This document shows positions 1 to 9,483 of a DNA stretch of 64,000 nt, one piece after another (position 1 is the stretch's first letter; each line of letters starts with the position of its first letter). This DNA is from Trueperaceae bacterium (GTDB taxonomy: Bacteria; Deinococcota; Deinococci; Deinococcales; Trueperaceae): assembly GCA_965214405.1 (NCBI GenBank), contig OZ243956.1, positions 2,240,001-2,304,000 on the forward strand. Direction: 5' to 3'. The notes beneath the pieces were generated by a model. That model did no database searches, had not been told where the DNA came from, and saw only the letters and a program-made list of their open reading frames with translations. Position numbers and translations under genes: made by a program.

Positions 1-53
1 AAATAACCCGTGTGGTTACCGCTCTTTGTGAAAGAGTTAAAATAACAGCTACT

Positions 54-1703
54 GTGAAAATCAAAAAAATAGAACTCCGAAATTTCATGAAATTCTCCCA
101 CCTAACCGTCCAAGGCTTGCCTAAAGATGTCAAGCTTGTCGTCCTCGTAGGACCAAATGGCTCAGGAAAAACATCGCTGTTAGAAGGTTTATACGTCTAT
201 TTTTATGAGAACGGTGGTGGGAGAGATTTTTATAAAGATGTTTCTTACAGTTCTAACTATATGGAGCCGGAAATTAAATTTCATGATCCCTACCTTTTAG
301 AAGGTAGCGAGCTCAAGCAGTCCTATAACCACAACTCCAGGGCCTTTTACTTCAGAACTGCACACCGGCACGAGGCCGACTTCGGAACTTCGGAAGTCAG
401 AGGGCCGGGTAGTATATCCGACGACCACCGCAATCCAAAGAATTTCAATGACCTGGAAGCTCGAGTGTCGCGCAACTATCAAGAGTTGGTTGCAACAGCC
501 GTTAAAGAACTTTTCAGCGAAGAGAACGCCTCCAAAAAAGTAAAAGATGTGCGTGAGGGGTTGATAGGGCAAGTCAGGTCTTCTATGAAACGAGTTTTCG
601 ACGACCTAATCCTTCAAGGCGTCGGTATGCCTACCGAAGACGGCACGTTTACTTTCAAAAGAGGGGCGAGCAGAGATTACAGGTACGCAAACCTTTCCGG
701 AGGAGAAAAGGCGGCCTTCGACCTGCTGTTAGACTTCATTATCGAGAAAGAGGATCATAACGACACGATCTACTGCATCGACGAGCCGGAACTGCACATG
801 CACACCCGCCTCCAAGGCAAACTTTTAGAAGAGCTTTACACAATTCTTCCCGAGAACTGTCAGCTTTGGATTGCCACACACTCGATAGGGATGATGCGGC
901 GGGCGATGGAGCTTCACCGCGACAATCCAGGCACGGTGGCTTTTCTCAATTTTGATTCTGAGGTCCATGACTTTGATGAGCCGGTTGTTATGGAACCCAC
1001 CGAACCAGGGCGGCAACTCTGGAAGCACGTGTTTGCGGTGGCGCTTGACGAGCTTGCTGACCTTGTTGCGCCTAGAGAAGTCGTCTTTTGTGAGGGCAAA
1101 CCTGAGCACGAATCTTCTAGGCGCGCTCCCACCTTTGACGCTGAAGTGTACCGAACGATCTTCCAAAACGAAAAGCCTGATACAGAGTTTATACCCTTAG
1201 GAGGAGCGACAGGGATAGAGAAAGACCCTCTTCTAATTATTGGCATCTTTCAAAAGCTTTTTGAGGGAATGCAAACATGGCGCTTACTTGACGGGGATGA
1301 AAGAACAGAAGCGGAGAGAGAAAAGCTCCGGTCAAAGGGAATAAACGTGTTGAGGGTCAGAGACCTTGAGAACTACTTGTGGGCTGACGAAATTATCAAG
1401 AAGCTCTGTACTCAAGAAGGTCTTCCAGAGAAAGCTGGCATTTTGATCGAGTGCAAGAATAAGAAGCTGCGAGAGCTGCCGCAAGAAAAAGCTGATGACG
1501 TAAAGGCTGTAAGGGACTCTCTTTGGGCTAAATTCAAGAAGGAGTTAAATCTCGACCCGGCTCAGAGGGGAAATTCGCCCGAAGCTTTCGCGCGACAAAC
1601 ACTTGCGCCGCTAATCACGCCAGACACTAAGGTGTACAAAGAACTCGAGAAAGATATCCTCGGACCTCTTGATAAAGCGCTCGAGCAAAACCACGGTGAT
1701 TAA
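54..1703 (+). CDS. ABC/AAA ATPase with C-terminal TOPRIM-like domain (OLD-family-like ATP-dependent nuclease)
   Basis: Walker A GPNGSGKTS, signature LSGGEK, Walker B IDEPELHMH, H-loop ATHS; C-terminal FCEG..D, LLDGD and DLENYL TOPRIM-like motifs. Start placed at GTG 54 (ORF open from 12). Confidence 0.7.
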   Translation: MKIKKIELRNFMKFSHLTVQGLPKDVKLVVLVGPNGSGKTSLLEGLYVYFYENGGGRDFYKDVSYSSNYMEPEIKFHDPYLLEGSELKQSYNHNSRAFYFRTAHRHEADFGTSEVRGPGSISDDHRNPKNFNDLEARVSRNYQELVATAVKELFSEENASKKVKDVREGLIGQVRSSMKRVFDDLILQGVGMPTEDGTFTFKRGASRDYRYANLSGGEKAAFDLLLDFIIEKEDHNDTIYCIDEPELHMHTRLQGKLLEELYTILPENCQLWIATHSIGMMRRAMELHRDNPGTVAFLNFDSEVHDFDEPVVMEPTEPGRQLWKHVFAVALDELADLVAPREVVFCEGKPEHESSRRAPTFDAEVYRTIFQNEKPDTEFIPLGGATGIEKDPLLIIGIFQKLFEGMQTWRLLDGDERTEAEREKLRSKGINVLRVRDLENYLWADEIIKKLCTQEGLPEKAGILIECKNKKLRELPQEKADDVKAVRDSLWAKFKKELNLDPAQRGNSPEAFARQTLAPLITPDTKVYKELEKDILGPLDKALEQNHGD

Positions 1704-1726
1704 CATGTGTGTTGGCAGAACTATAA

Positions 1727-1755
1727 AAGAGGGCCTGTAAATCAGGCCCTCTCTT
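1727..1755. terminator. Bidirectional intrinsic terminator between convergent genes
   Basis: AGAGGGCCTG-TAAAT-CAGGCCCTCT hairpin with A/T-rich flanks. Confidence 0.75.
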
Positions 1756-1776
1756 AAACTTGGTGGTGGCTAAAGC

Positions 1777-3741
1777 TTACCGCTGTTGGGAGGAGAAGCT
1801 CGAGTTCTTCTCTTTGCCCGATCTGCGGCGCCACTCGTCAAGCGTAACCCCAGAGCTGCTAAAACCGTAGCCCTCATTCTTAAACGTCGACTTGTTATTC
1901 GTTTGGGCGTAGCGGTTGTAGTCGAGCGTCGAAGAGCTGTAGAGCTTTTTGGCGTTCGTCGTGTTGGCGGCAAATCTCCACAGTAACTGGTCCCCCCTAC
2001 CCTGGATGATGTTGTTTTTGACTGACCACTTCTCTGGAACCAGGGTGTAGGAGCGGCCGCTCCTGAAGTCGGTGTAGCTCCTCGGCCCCTGCCACACGTA
2101 CATCTGCTCGTCATCGTTGTTCTCGATCGTGTTGTACTCAAAAGTTAGGTTGTGCGCCCCGTTGATCTCGACGCCGCCCCGGCCGTTGTCGCACATGGTG
2201 CTGTTGGTAACCTTTACAGGCCCTATGGTCGCCTCGAGCTTAAAGCCGTAAGCAGAGTTGTTACAAGCGTAGAGCCTGTCAACAACCAAATCTTTCACGT
2301 CGGTGTCAAGCCAGAGGCCGTGCATATAGTTGCCTACCGCTTTGTGGTTGCGGATGGTCACACCGTGCGCGTGGTAGAACTTGCCATCGTTTCCGCTGTA
2401 GTCGCCCGTCCGGCCCCGCTTTTCGCGCCAGTTGTTGTACGAGCCCTCGGTATTTTCCCAGCGCAGGTCGCGCGATTTCCATACGCCCCAGTCACCGCCG
2501 TTGTTGGTCCAGGAGGTGTTGCGAAAGGTCACGTCGTCACCGAGCGAGATGTTGAAACTTTGGTGGCCGTTCCACCTGATACTTACACCGTCAAGCAACA
2601 CGTCCTCTTGGGTTTGTATTTCTACGGCCGGTTTCCAGTGGGAAGAGGCGTGTTGAAACACCAAACCTTTGAGGACCAAGTCATTGAGCCTGGGTGTCCT
2701 AAACAGCGTCTCACGCGTTGACACCTCGACGGTTGTGTTGGAAAGGGTGCCGCCGCTGGGGGGCTTGACAAAGATCTTGTCGGCTCTTTCATCAACGTAG
2801 AACGACCCGGCTTTGAGGCTGGATTTAGACAGCGTCTGATCTAGATTCTTACCGTTGACAATAACCATTTCGCGCCTGCGCGAGAGCGCGCTCTTGCTGC
2901 TGTCGCTGGTCGAAGCCGAGCCCCAGTTGTAGGGCCAGCGGTGGCTGCACACGCCCGACGAGCAGCTCCAGCCCGTCCACACCTCCGCGCCCGAGACGAT
3001 GGCCTTGCCAGGCTCTACCGCCTCGAAGACGATAGGCTTGCCGCTGGAGCTGACGTACCTGTCAATCGACTCGCGGTAGGTGCCGGGATAGACGCGAACG
3101 AGCGTCCCCTTGCCGCTTCTGCGGTTGCTCAGCGCCTTTTCAAGTCCCTTGTTAAGCGTTTTTAGGGGCTTATCCGCGGTGCCGGGGTTGCTGTCGGAGC
3201 CGCGGCTCACGTTGACGTGGATTTGCGCGAGGTCTTTGTACGAAGAAGAGGGGGGCGGTGACCCCGAGGCGCCGCTACCGTTAACCACGTTGAAGGTGAT
3301 CGTCTTCGTTTTACCGGCTTGGCCGCTCGCGTTGGACCCGGAGTAGGCGGTCGCTGTAAGGGTACGTTTTCCTGCGCTCGGCGTCCAGGCAAAATAGTTG
3401 CTTCCGCTGTTGCCTGCCAGGGCAAAGGGTCCATTGTTTTCGGTTCTATAATTTTTATTGCCGTCGAGCCCGAAGCGGACGCTGCCTGCGTTCCCGGCGT
3501 TGGCGCGGATGTTGAGGTTTCGCGTCGACAACTTGCTAAAGTCGAGCGTCGCCCCGTCGGGCATGGGATCAAAACCGCTGATGGGTCTGTCCGTGTCTGC
3601 GTTCATGAGCGTGAAGCTCGAGACGTTGCTGGCCAGAGCGTCTATCTCGGGAGGCTGAGTTTGGCAACCCGCCAAAAGCAGGCTCGCCAGAAAAAACAGT
3701 CCTAAAAAGATTTTTTGATGTTTTGGCATGGGTTTCACCAC
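1777..3741 (-). CDS. Lipoprotein with Ig-like N-domain and right-handed parallel beta-helix (pectate-lyase-like/DUF1565) domain
   Basis: Lipobox LLAGC; 'GSDSNPGTADKPLKTL' and 'PGTYRE' DUF1565-type motifs; Asn/Gly beta-helix repeats. Confidence 0.7.
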   Translation of the reverse strand: MVKPMPKHQKIFLGLFFLASLLLAGCQTQPPEIDALASNVSSFTLMNADTDRPISGFDPMPDGATLDFSKLSTRNLNIRANAGNAGSVRFGLDGNKNYRTENNGPFALAGNSGSNYFAWTPSAGKRTLTATAYSGSNASGQAGKTKTITFNVVNGSGASGSPPPSSSYKDLAQIHVNVSRGSDSNPGTADKPLKTLNKGLEKALSNRRSGKGTLVRVYPGTYRESIDRYVSSSGKPIVFEAVEPGKAIVSGAEVWTGWSCSSGVCSHRWPYNWGSASTSDSSKSALSRRREMVIVNGKNLDQTLSKSSLKAGSFYVDERADKIFVKPPSGGTLSNTTVEVSTRETLFRTPRLNDLVLKGLVFQHASSHWKPAVEIQTQEDVLLDGVSIRWNGHQSFNISLGDDVTFRNTSWTNNGGDWGVWKSRDLRWENTEGSYNNWREKRGRTGDYSGNDGKFYHAHGVTIRNHKAVGNYMHGLWLDTDVKDLVVDRLYACNNSAYGFKLEATIGPVKVTNSTMCDNGRGGVEINGAHNLTFEYNTIENNDDEQMYVWQGPRSYTDFRSGRSYTLVPEKWSVKNNIIQGRGDQLLWRFAANTTNAKKLYSSSTLDYNRYAQTNNKSTFKNEGYGFSSSGVTLDEWRRRSGKEKNSSFSSQQR

Positions 3742-4581
3742 CGCCCTTTGCTCTTTACGTTTTTTGGTGGTGAATCAGACCTTTCATAAATGGACCTTCT
3801 ATAAATGCACGACGCTCTACAGATCGTTTTGTGTATCATCAACTTATCCTCTCTTGAGTTCGCAACGCAGTAGAATGAACAATCCTAAGATTCAGGATAA
3901 TCAGCGTGCAAACTCACACACCAGCCTCTAAAATATGATCATGTTGCGACGTAAGACCACCGACTCGACCAGTAGCCATACTCATCACTGGCTGGTTGTG
4001 CTTTTCGCTCCGTCCGCCCTAAGCGCCCAGACTGTAGGTGTGCAGAGCGTAATCTGACTTCCCCCAGGCGAAAATCTATCACCTGCCGTATGAGCTTTAT
4101 GTGGTTTTCATAATAAGCCCAGGGTAAATAGAGGGTGTTTTGACATAAATTGGCCGTGGTGCATGTAAATTTTTACCAAGAACCGCATTCTCATATTAGG
4201 ATTTAAGAAAAAGGATTTCACTTTTCGCCCGCCCTGTTAAGGATAAACTCATTTTCCTCATCCAGAAGCTGACTTTGCGAGGTGCCAAAAAGCCTAGAGA
4301 AATTGTGGGGACAAAATAGCAGGGACGAAACAAATGCTAAAGCAGACGATATTAAGGAAGAGCTAAGGCTCCAATAACGAATCCCGAGCCGTCAAACCGG
4401 GAGGGCGTACAATCGCTACTCGTGTATACTGCCTGTCTTGGCCCAGCCGCCTCAAGGCGGAGATGTTGGTTTTTACTGAAGCGCGTTCGGTAGTTTCCTC
4501 TCTAACGATCTAAAACCTGACACCCAACCTTGTGACGCTCATCCACGCTCCCAACATTTGTAAAGGGGTAGGATGGAAACG

Positions 4582-5310
4582 ATGAAGCGATCCCTAACTT
4601 TTTCGGTGATATTTTTGACACTCGTCCTTTTCGCGTGTAACAACGGCGGAAACGAAGTAGACGCGCTCACACGGGAGCGCGACGCGCTGCAAACGCAAGT
4701 GAGCGACCTCAACGAGCAGATAGCGGCGGCGGAGTCGGGCGGCGCGTTGCAGACCGAGCGGGACGCCTTACAAACCGAGCGAGACACCTTGCAAACGCAG
4801 GCGGGCGAGCTGACGAACCGCGTCAACAGCTTGACCGATCAGCTCACCACGGTGCAGGCGGAGCGGGACGCGCTTGGCGCGCGGCTGGCTCTGCTCGAGC
4901 GCGAAAGCAGCGCCCTTAACAATCAGGTCATCGTGCTGACGGGCGAGCTAGAAAGCAGCAGGCAAGCGGCTTTAGAGAGAAGCGTCGCCCGCGACGCCTC
5001 GCTCGGCAACATCCAGTCAGAACTTCAGGCGGAAGTGAGCGACGTGAGAACGCAGCTAGAGGACCTGAGCAACCTCTTGTCGCAGATAGAGCGCGAGCGC
5101 GACGCCCTGCGCCTCGACGTGGGTGTGGGCGAGGGACTGCTGAGCGCCCAAACGGGCGGCGAGAGAGCCGCGGCAGGTATTGTCGAAAATACACCCGCCG
5201 CGGCCACCGCGACCGTCGACACGACAGATAGGGTTCGCGCGTTGGAGGAGGAGGCCCAGGCGCTCGAGAGCAGAATAAAGTCGACCCTGGGTGAGACCGG
5301 GGGACAGTAG
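4582..5310 (+). CDS. Coiled-coil lipoprotein
   Basis: Lipobox LFAC; heptad repeats ERDALQT; TAGGAT-N7-ATG suggests start at 4582 (alternative 4573). Confidence 0.65.
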   Translation: MKRSLTFSVIFLTLVLFACNNGGNEVDALTRERDALQTQVSDLNEQIAAAESGGALQTERDALQTERDTLQTQAGELTNRVNSLTDQLTTVQAERDALGARLALLERESSALNNQVIVLTGELESSRQAALERSVARDASLGNIQSELQAEVSDVRTQLEDLSNLLSQIERERDALRLDVGVGEGLLSAQTGGERAAAGIVENTPAAATATVDTTDRVRALEEEAQALESRIKSTLGETGGQ

Positions 5311-5749
5311 GGCGCGCATTATACGAAAGGTTAACCATCCCAAATGAGGTGGCGCGGAGAGTCAAAATTCATTCTCTCCGCGCTTCACCTCGTTATCTTG
5401 TCAACATCGGCGTGGCGAGCGGGACGGCGTTTGAAAATTCGGACAGGTTTCTGGAAAGGCCGACAAAGAGCTTGATGAAGCCAAGTACAGCGAGAAGAAC
5501 CGGGTGTGCTACAACCGCGCGCAGGGTTTAGATCGTGTTGGCGTACCGCTCAAGAAGCGCGTCCATCCTTGGACGCTTTGCTCGGTTCCGTCTGTCGGAA
5601 CGACAAACAGGACAAATGCCGGTTTCTGAAATCTTCTTATACCAATTGCCCCTTGAAGCACCATGAACTGAATAGGTCTGAGGGTATGCGCTCACGCGCA
5701 CTTTTCAAACGCGAAAGCGGCGTTTGGAAAGGCACTTGGTATTACTCCC

Positions 5750-7021
5750 CTATTCTGCTTTGACCCTGTCCTCATCAAAATACTCAAACACAGCCCCGCC
5801 AACCCTGACGTCGTCGCCATCCTCCGCGCCCGCCTTTTTGAGAAGCTTGTTCACACCCAGCGCGGCGAAATGGTGCTGCAAGTAGGAGACCGCGTCGCGG
5901 TTGGCGGGGTCAAAGCGCGAGACCAAGGCTTCTAGTTCCGCGCCGCGTACCCGCCAGCCCCCACCGGAGGAGTCGCGCTCGACGCGGGCGTGGTCAAAGG
6001 TGACGCGCTCGGTTTGGGGGACGTGCGGCTCGAGCGCAGGCCGCGCCGGGAGCAGGTTAAAGAGCGCGTCGCGGAGTTCGTCCAAACCTCGCGCCTCGAG
6101 CGCCGACACCGCCAGCACGGGCAGGCCAAAGGGCGTGAGTTTACTCGTTTCTTCGGGAACTTCCGGCGGGCTCGCCAGGTCTACCTTGTTGAGCACGATG
6201 AGGGAGGGCAGCTCGAGCAGCGCCGCGTCATACTCGCGCAACTCTTCTTGAAGAGACTCAAACGTCTTGGCAGGCTCGCCCGCGATGTCTAAAACGAAGA
6301 CCAAAAGGCGCGTCCGGGAGATGTGGCGAAGAAACTCCAAACCCAGCCCCTTGCCCTCGTGCGCCCCCTCGATGATGCCGGGAATATCGGCCAGCGTGAA
6401 ACGCTCCAAATCCCGCTCGACCACGCCCAGGTTAGGGCTGAGGGTAGTAAAAGGATAGGAGGCGATCTCCGGTTTCGCGTTTGACAGGGCCGCCAACAAG
6501 CTCGACTTGCCCGCGTTCGGGTAACCCACCAAGCCCACGTCGGCGATGGTGCGCAACTCCAAGCGCACTTTCCGCTTTTCGCCGGGGGTGCCGTACTCGG
6601 CAAAGCGCGGCGTCTTACGCTGCGCGTTCGCAAAAGACGCGTTGCCGCGGCCTCCGGTGCCACCTCTCGCCAAAAGCGCGCGCTCCCCCACCTCGGTGAG
6701 GTCGACGAGCACCCGGCCCGTATCGCGGTCGCGGGCGGTCGTGCCGACAGGCACCTGGACGACGAGGTCGTCTCCCCCGCGGCCCGCCTTGTTGCGCCCT
6801 TCGCCCTGCCCCCCCGTTTCCGCCTTGTAGAGGCGCTTGCCCACCAAACGGTCGAGCGAGGTCACGTTATCGACGGCCTCCAGATAGACGCTGCCCCCGT
6901 GCCCCCCGTGCCCCCCGTCGGGTCCGCCCTTGGGCATATATTTGAGGCGCAGGAACGACATCCCGCCGTCGCCCCCCTTGCCCGCCTGCACTGTAATATC
7001 GAGCACATCACGAAAAGCCAT
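5750..7021 (-). CDS. obgE: GTPase ObgE/CgtA
   Basis: Gly-rich Obg fold, [22 protein letters not shown] motifs, C-terminal OCT domain. Confidence 0.97.
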   Translation of the reverse strand: MAFRDVLDITVQAGKGGDGGMSFLRLKYMPKGGPDGGHGGHGGSVYLEAVDNVTSLDRLVGKRLYKAETGGQGEGRNKAGRGGDDLVVQVPVGTTARDRDTGRVLVDLTEVGERALLARGGTGGRGNASFANAQRKTPRFAEYGTPGEKRKVRLELRTIADVGLVGYPNAGKSSLLAALSNAKPEIASYPFTTLSPNLGVVERDLERFTLADIPGIIEGAHEGKGLGLEFLRHISRTRLLVFVLDIAGEPAKTFESLQEELREYDAALLELPSLIVLNKVDLASPPEVPEETSKLTPFGLPVLAVSALEARGLDELRDALFNLLPARPALEPHVPQTERVTFDHARVERDSSGGGWRVRGAELEALVSRFDPANRDAVSYLQHHFAALGVNKLLKKAGAEDGDDVRVGGAVFEYFDEDRVKAE

Positions 7022-7198
7022 TAGACCTCACCACCAAAAGCTGTTGAATTAAATACATAGACCGGGTAGAGCAGGAAATGCGTCAGCGCGAGAAATTAGC
7101 ATCTTAAAAAGTATCGGACATTAAAAATTAGATATTAGAAGAATCCTCGAGAAGAGGTTAACAAGTAGGAGTAAAAGGAGAGGTAGAAAAGAGCAAAA

Positions 7199-7234
7199 AA
7201 GAGAAAGACGCGAGCCTCGAGCCCGCGTCTTCTT
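7199..7234 (-). terminator. Intrinsic terminator after rpmA
   Basis: Minus strand AAGACGCGGGC-TCGA-GGCTCGCGTCTT followed by a T-rich tail. Confidence 0.65.
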
Positions 7235-7249
7235 ATGCTCATGAGTTGC

Positions 7250-7525
7250 CTAGTCAGCCGAAACCGCTGGCGCTGCTTGCTCAATGCTAATAAAGCGCCC
7301 GCGGCTGCCCTTGTTGTGAAAGCGCACCACGCCGTCACGCATGGCAAAAAGCGTAAAATCGTTGCCCTGACCCACGTTCTGACCGGGCTTGAACTTGGTG
7401 CCGCGCTGACGAACCAAAATATTACCCGCCGCAACTACCTGACCCTCAAAACGCTTGACGCCCAAGCGCTTCGACTGGCTGTCACGACCGTTTTTCGAGC
7501 TACCTACACCTTTTTTGTGTGCCAT
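7250..7525 (-). CDS. rpmA: 50S ribosomal protein L27
   Basis: [24 protein letters not shown]. Confidence 0.98.
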   Translation of the reverse strand: MAHKKGVGSSKNGRDSQSKRLGVKRFEGQVVAAGNILVRQRGTKFKPGQNVGQGNDFTLFAMRDGVVRFHNKGSRGRFISIEQAAPAVSAD

Positions 7526-7555
7526 TATCCAACCTCCTGCCGAACCGGGCGCGCC

Positions 7556-7873
7556 CTAGCTCGCAATTTCCTTGATGCGGACCTCTGTGTAGGACTGGCG
7601 GTGACCGTTCTTGCGGCGGTAGTTTGCCTTGGCCTTGAATTTGTAAATGTAGATTTTGTCGCCGCGACCGTGCGAGAGAACTTCAGCCCTCACGCTCGCG
7701 CCATCCACCAGAGGGGTTCCGACCCGGACATCACTATCTGCACCGTTGCCGCCGAGCATCATCACGGGTAAATCAACCGTGTCGCCCGGTTGAGCTTTCA
7801 GAAGCTCGAGCCGGACCACTTCGCCTTCTGCCACGCGGTACTGTTTACCGCCACTTTGAACTACTGCAAACAT
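7556..7873 (-). CDS. rplU: 50S ribosomal protein L21
   Basis: MFAVVQSGGKQYRV...GHRQSYT; RBS GGAGG upstream of ATG 7873. Confidence 0.97.
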   Translation of the reverse strand: MFAVVQSGGKQYRVAEGEVVRLELLKAQPGDTVDLPVMMLGGNGADSDVRVGTPLVDGASVRAEVLSHGRGDKIYIYKFKAKANYRRKNGHRQSYTEVRIKEIAS

Positions 7874-8002
7874 CCTTAAACCTCCACCTGCGGGCCGCCT
7901 AAAGGGCCGAAACTTTTGCTCATGTTCTGATGCTGCGTGACCTGCATGGTTCACCACATAGCAAATCCTGGGCTTTCACCCAGGAGACGCTTACGTCAGT
8001 TC

Positions 8003-8079
<77 letters not shown>

Positions 8080-8100
8080 AAGTAACCAAAGCCAAGCACT

Positions 8101-8129
8101 AGTCTATCGGCTGGGTGAGGCCGTGTCAA
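8101..8129 (-). promoter_or_regulatory. Sigma-70 promoter of tRNA-Ala/rplU region
   Basis: TTGACA-N17-TAGACT on minus strand. Confidence 0.75.
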
Positions 8130-8159
8130 GCAAACTCACGACCTCACCAGACATGCACG

Positions 8160-8567
8160 TTACTCTTCCCGAGCCGCCCTCGCCTGCGCGCGGTCCTCTT
8201 CTTGACGGCCCACGTCGGTCTTAAGACGCGCCGCTTTACCGCGCAAGTCGCGCAGGTAGTAGAGTTTGGCGCGGCGGCTGCGGCCCCGCCGGACGATGTG
8301 AATCGCGTCGATGAGCGGCGAATGCACCGGGAACACCCGCTCGACGCCCTCACCAAACGAGATCTTGCGAACCGTGAAAGACGCGCGCGCCCCCTTGCCG
8401 TTCTGACGGGCGATAACCACGCCCTCAAAGGCCTGGATGCGGGTGCGGTTGCCCTCGACCACACGGTAGTCCACACGCACCGTGTCGCCCGTATCAAACT
8501 CGGGGAGGTCGTCTTTTAGAAAGGGCTGCTCGATAGCGCGCAAAATCGCGCCTTTGTTGTACTTCAT
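8160..8567 (-). CDS. rplS: 50S ribosomal protein L19
   Basis: [43 protein letters not shown]. Confidence 0.98.
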   Translation of the reverse strand: MKYNKGAILRAIEQPFLKDDLPEFDTGDTVRVDYRVVEGNRTRIQAFEGVVIARQNGKGARASFTVRKISFGEGVERVFPVHSPLIDAIHIVRRGRSRRAKLYYLRDLRGKAARLKTDVGRQEEDRAQARAAREE

Positions 8568-8703
8568 ACCGTCTCCTGTCGTTACTCTGGTTTCTCTCGA
8601 GGTTTGTGTGCATTATTTATGTACGTCAGATATAGACGCGCAAAAATAGATTGACTTTTAGAGCCGAAGATTATTTAACAGCCGTCTTCGGCACAACCCA
8701 AAA

Positions 8704-8733
8704 ACTATAGCGCACACGCGCCCGCTTACGCAA
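8704..8733 (-). promoter_or_regulatory. Promoter of rplS
   Basis: TTGCGT-N18-TATAGT on minus strand. Confidence 0.55.
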
Positions 8734-8913
8734 GTGGGCTCGAGGTTTAAGATTCAACTCTTCCAGAGCAGTCGGCAGTGACAGCCCGGCTTTGGCGGTT
8801 CAAGTCTAAACAGTAGGTGAAAAGGCTTACAACTCTCCGTAAAACTTCCGAAGCGCCTCGCCAAAGTGAGGTTTTGTTCCCCAAAGGCAAAAAGGCGCGT
8901 GCTAACTTGACTC

Positions 8914-9483
8914 ATGCTGTTTAGGCCGGACGTGATGGTTGAGGCGGTTCACGAGGTGACGCTCGAGCTTTTACAGGGCCATCACGTTCGCGCGGTGATG
9001 GTGGATTTGGACGACACCCTGGTGGCGTCCGGCGCGAACCTCTTAGACCCCCGCTTTAGAGCGTGGGTCGCAAGTCTCAAAGAGGCCGGGATCCCCCTCT
9101 TGATTCTTAGTAACGGCAAGAGAGTGAGGGTCAAGCGTTGGTCGGCTGAATTGGGCGTGGCGGGGCTCTCGCTGGTGGGTAAACCCTTTGCGCCCGCGTT
9201 TAGGCGGGGGCTGCGGCTCTTGGGGCGTCAGCCGGGCGAAACCGCGATGGTCGGCGACCAGCTTTTTACGGACGTGCTCGGGGCCAATCTCGTCGGGATG
9301 GTGTCTATCTTGGTCGTCCCGCTGTCTACAGGAGGCTTGCCCCACACCAGGGTGGCGCGGCGCTTCGAGAAGCTTGTATTGAATAAACGAATGGATACAC
9401 GGTTGAGTAGGCGGACGGGTACACAGATGGGTATGTGGAGGTATCAATTAGGAGGTGACCGTGGCGGTTTTGTCCATCGGTGA
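8914..9483 (+). CDS. yqeG: YqeG-family HAD IIIA phosphatase
   Basis: DLDDTL motif I, LSN, KP, GDQLFTDVLGA. Confidence 0.88.
   Translation: MLFRPDVMVEAVHEVTLELLQGHHVRAVMVDLDDTLVASGANLLDPRFRAWVASLKEAGIPLLILSNGKRVRVKRWSAELGVAGLSLVGKPFAPAFRRGLRLLGRQPGETAMVGDQLFTDVLGANLVGMVSILVVPLSTGGLPHTRVARRFEKLVLNKRMDTRLSRRTGTQMGMWRYQLGGDRGGFVHR

Noticed and set aside
3742..4572. Long AT-rich intergenic region as a possible ncRNA, riboswitch or CRISPR array
   Set aside because: No repeat-spacer pattern or recognisable RNA motif; consistent with divergent promoters.
8757..8830. CTCTTCCAGAGC...TGACAGCCCGGC resembling a SAM-I riboswitch start
   Set aside because: Lacks the GAGGGA kink-turn, GCAACC and GTGC elements, and the downstream gene (yqeG) is unrelated.
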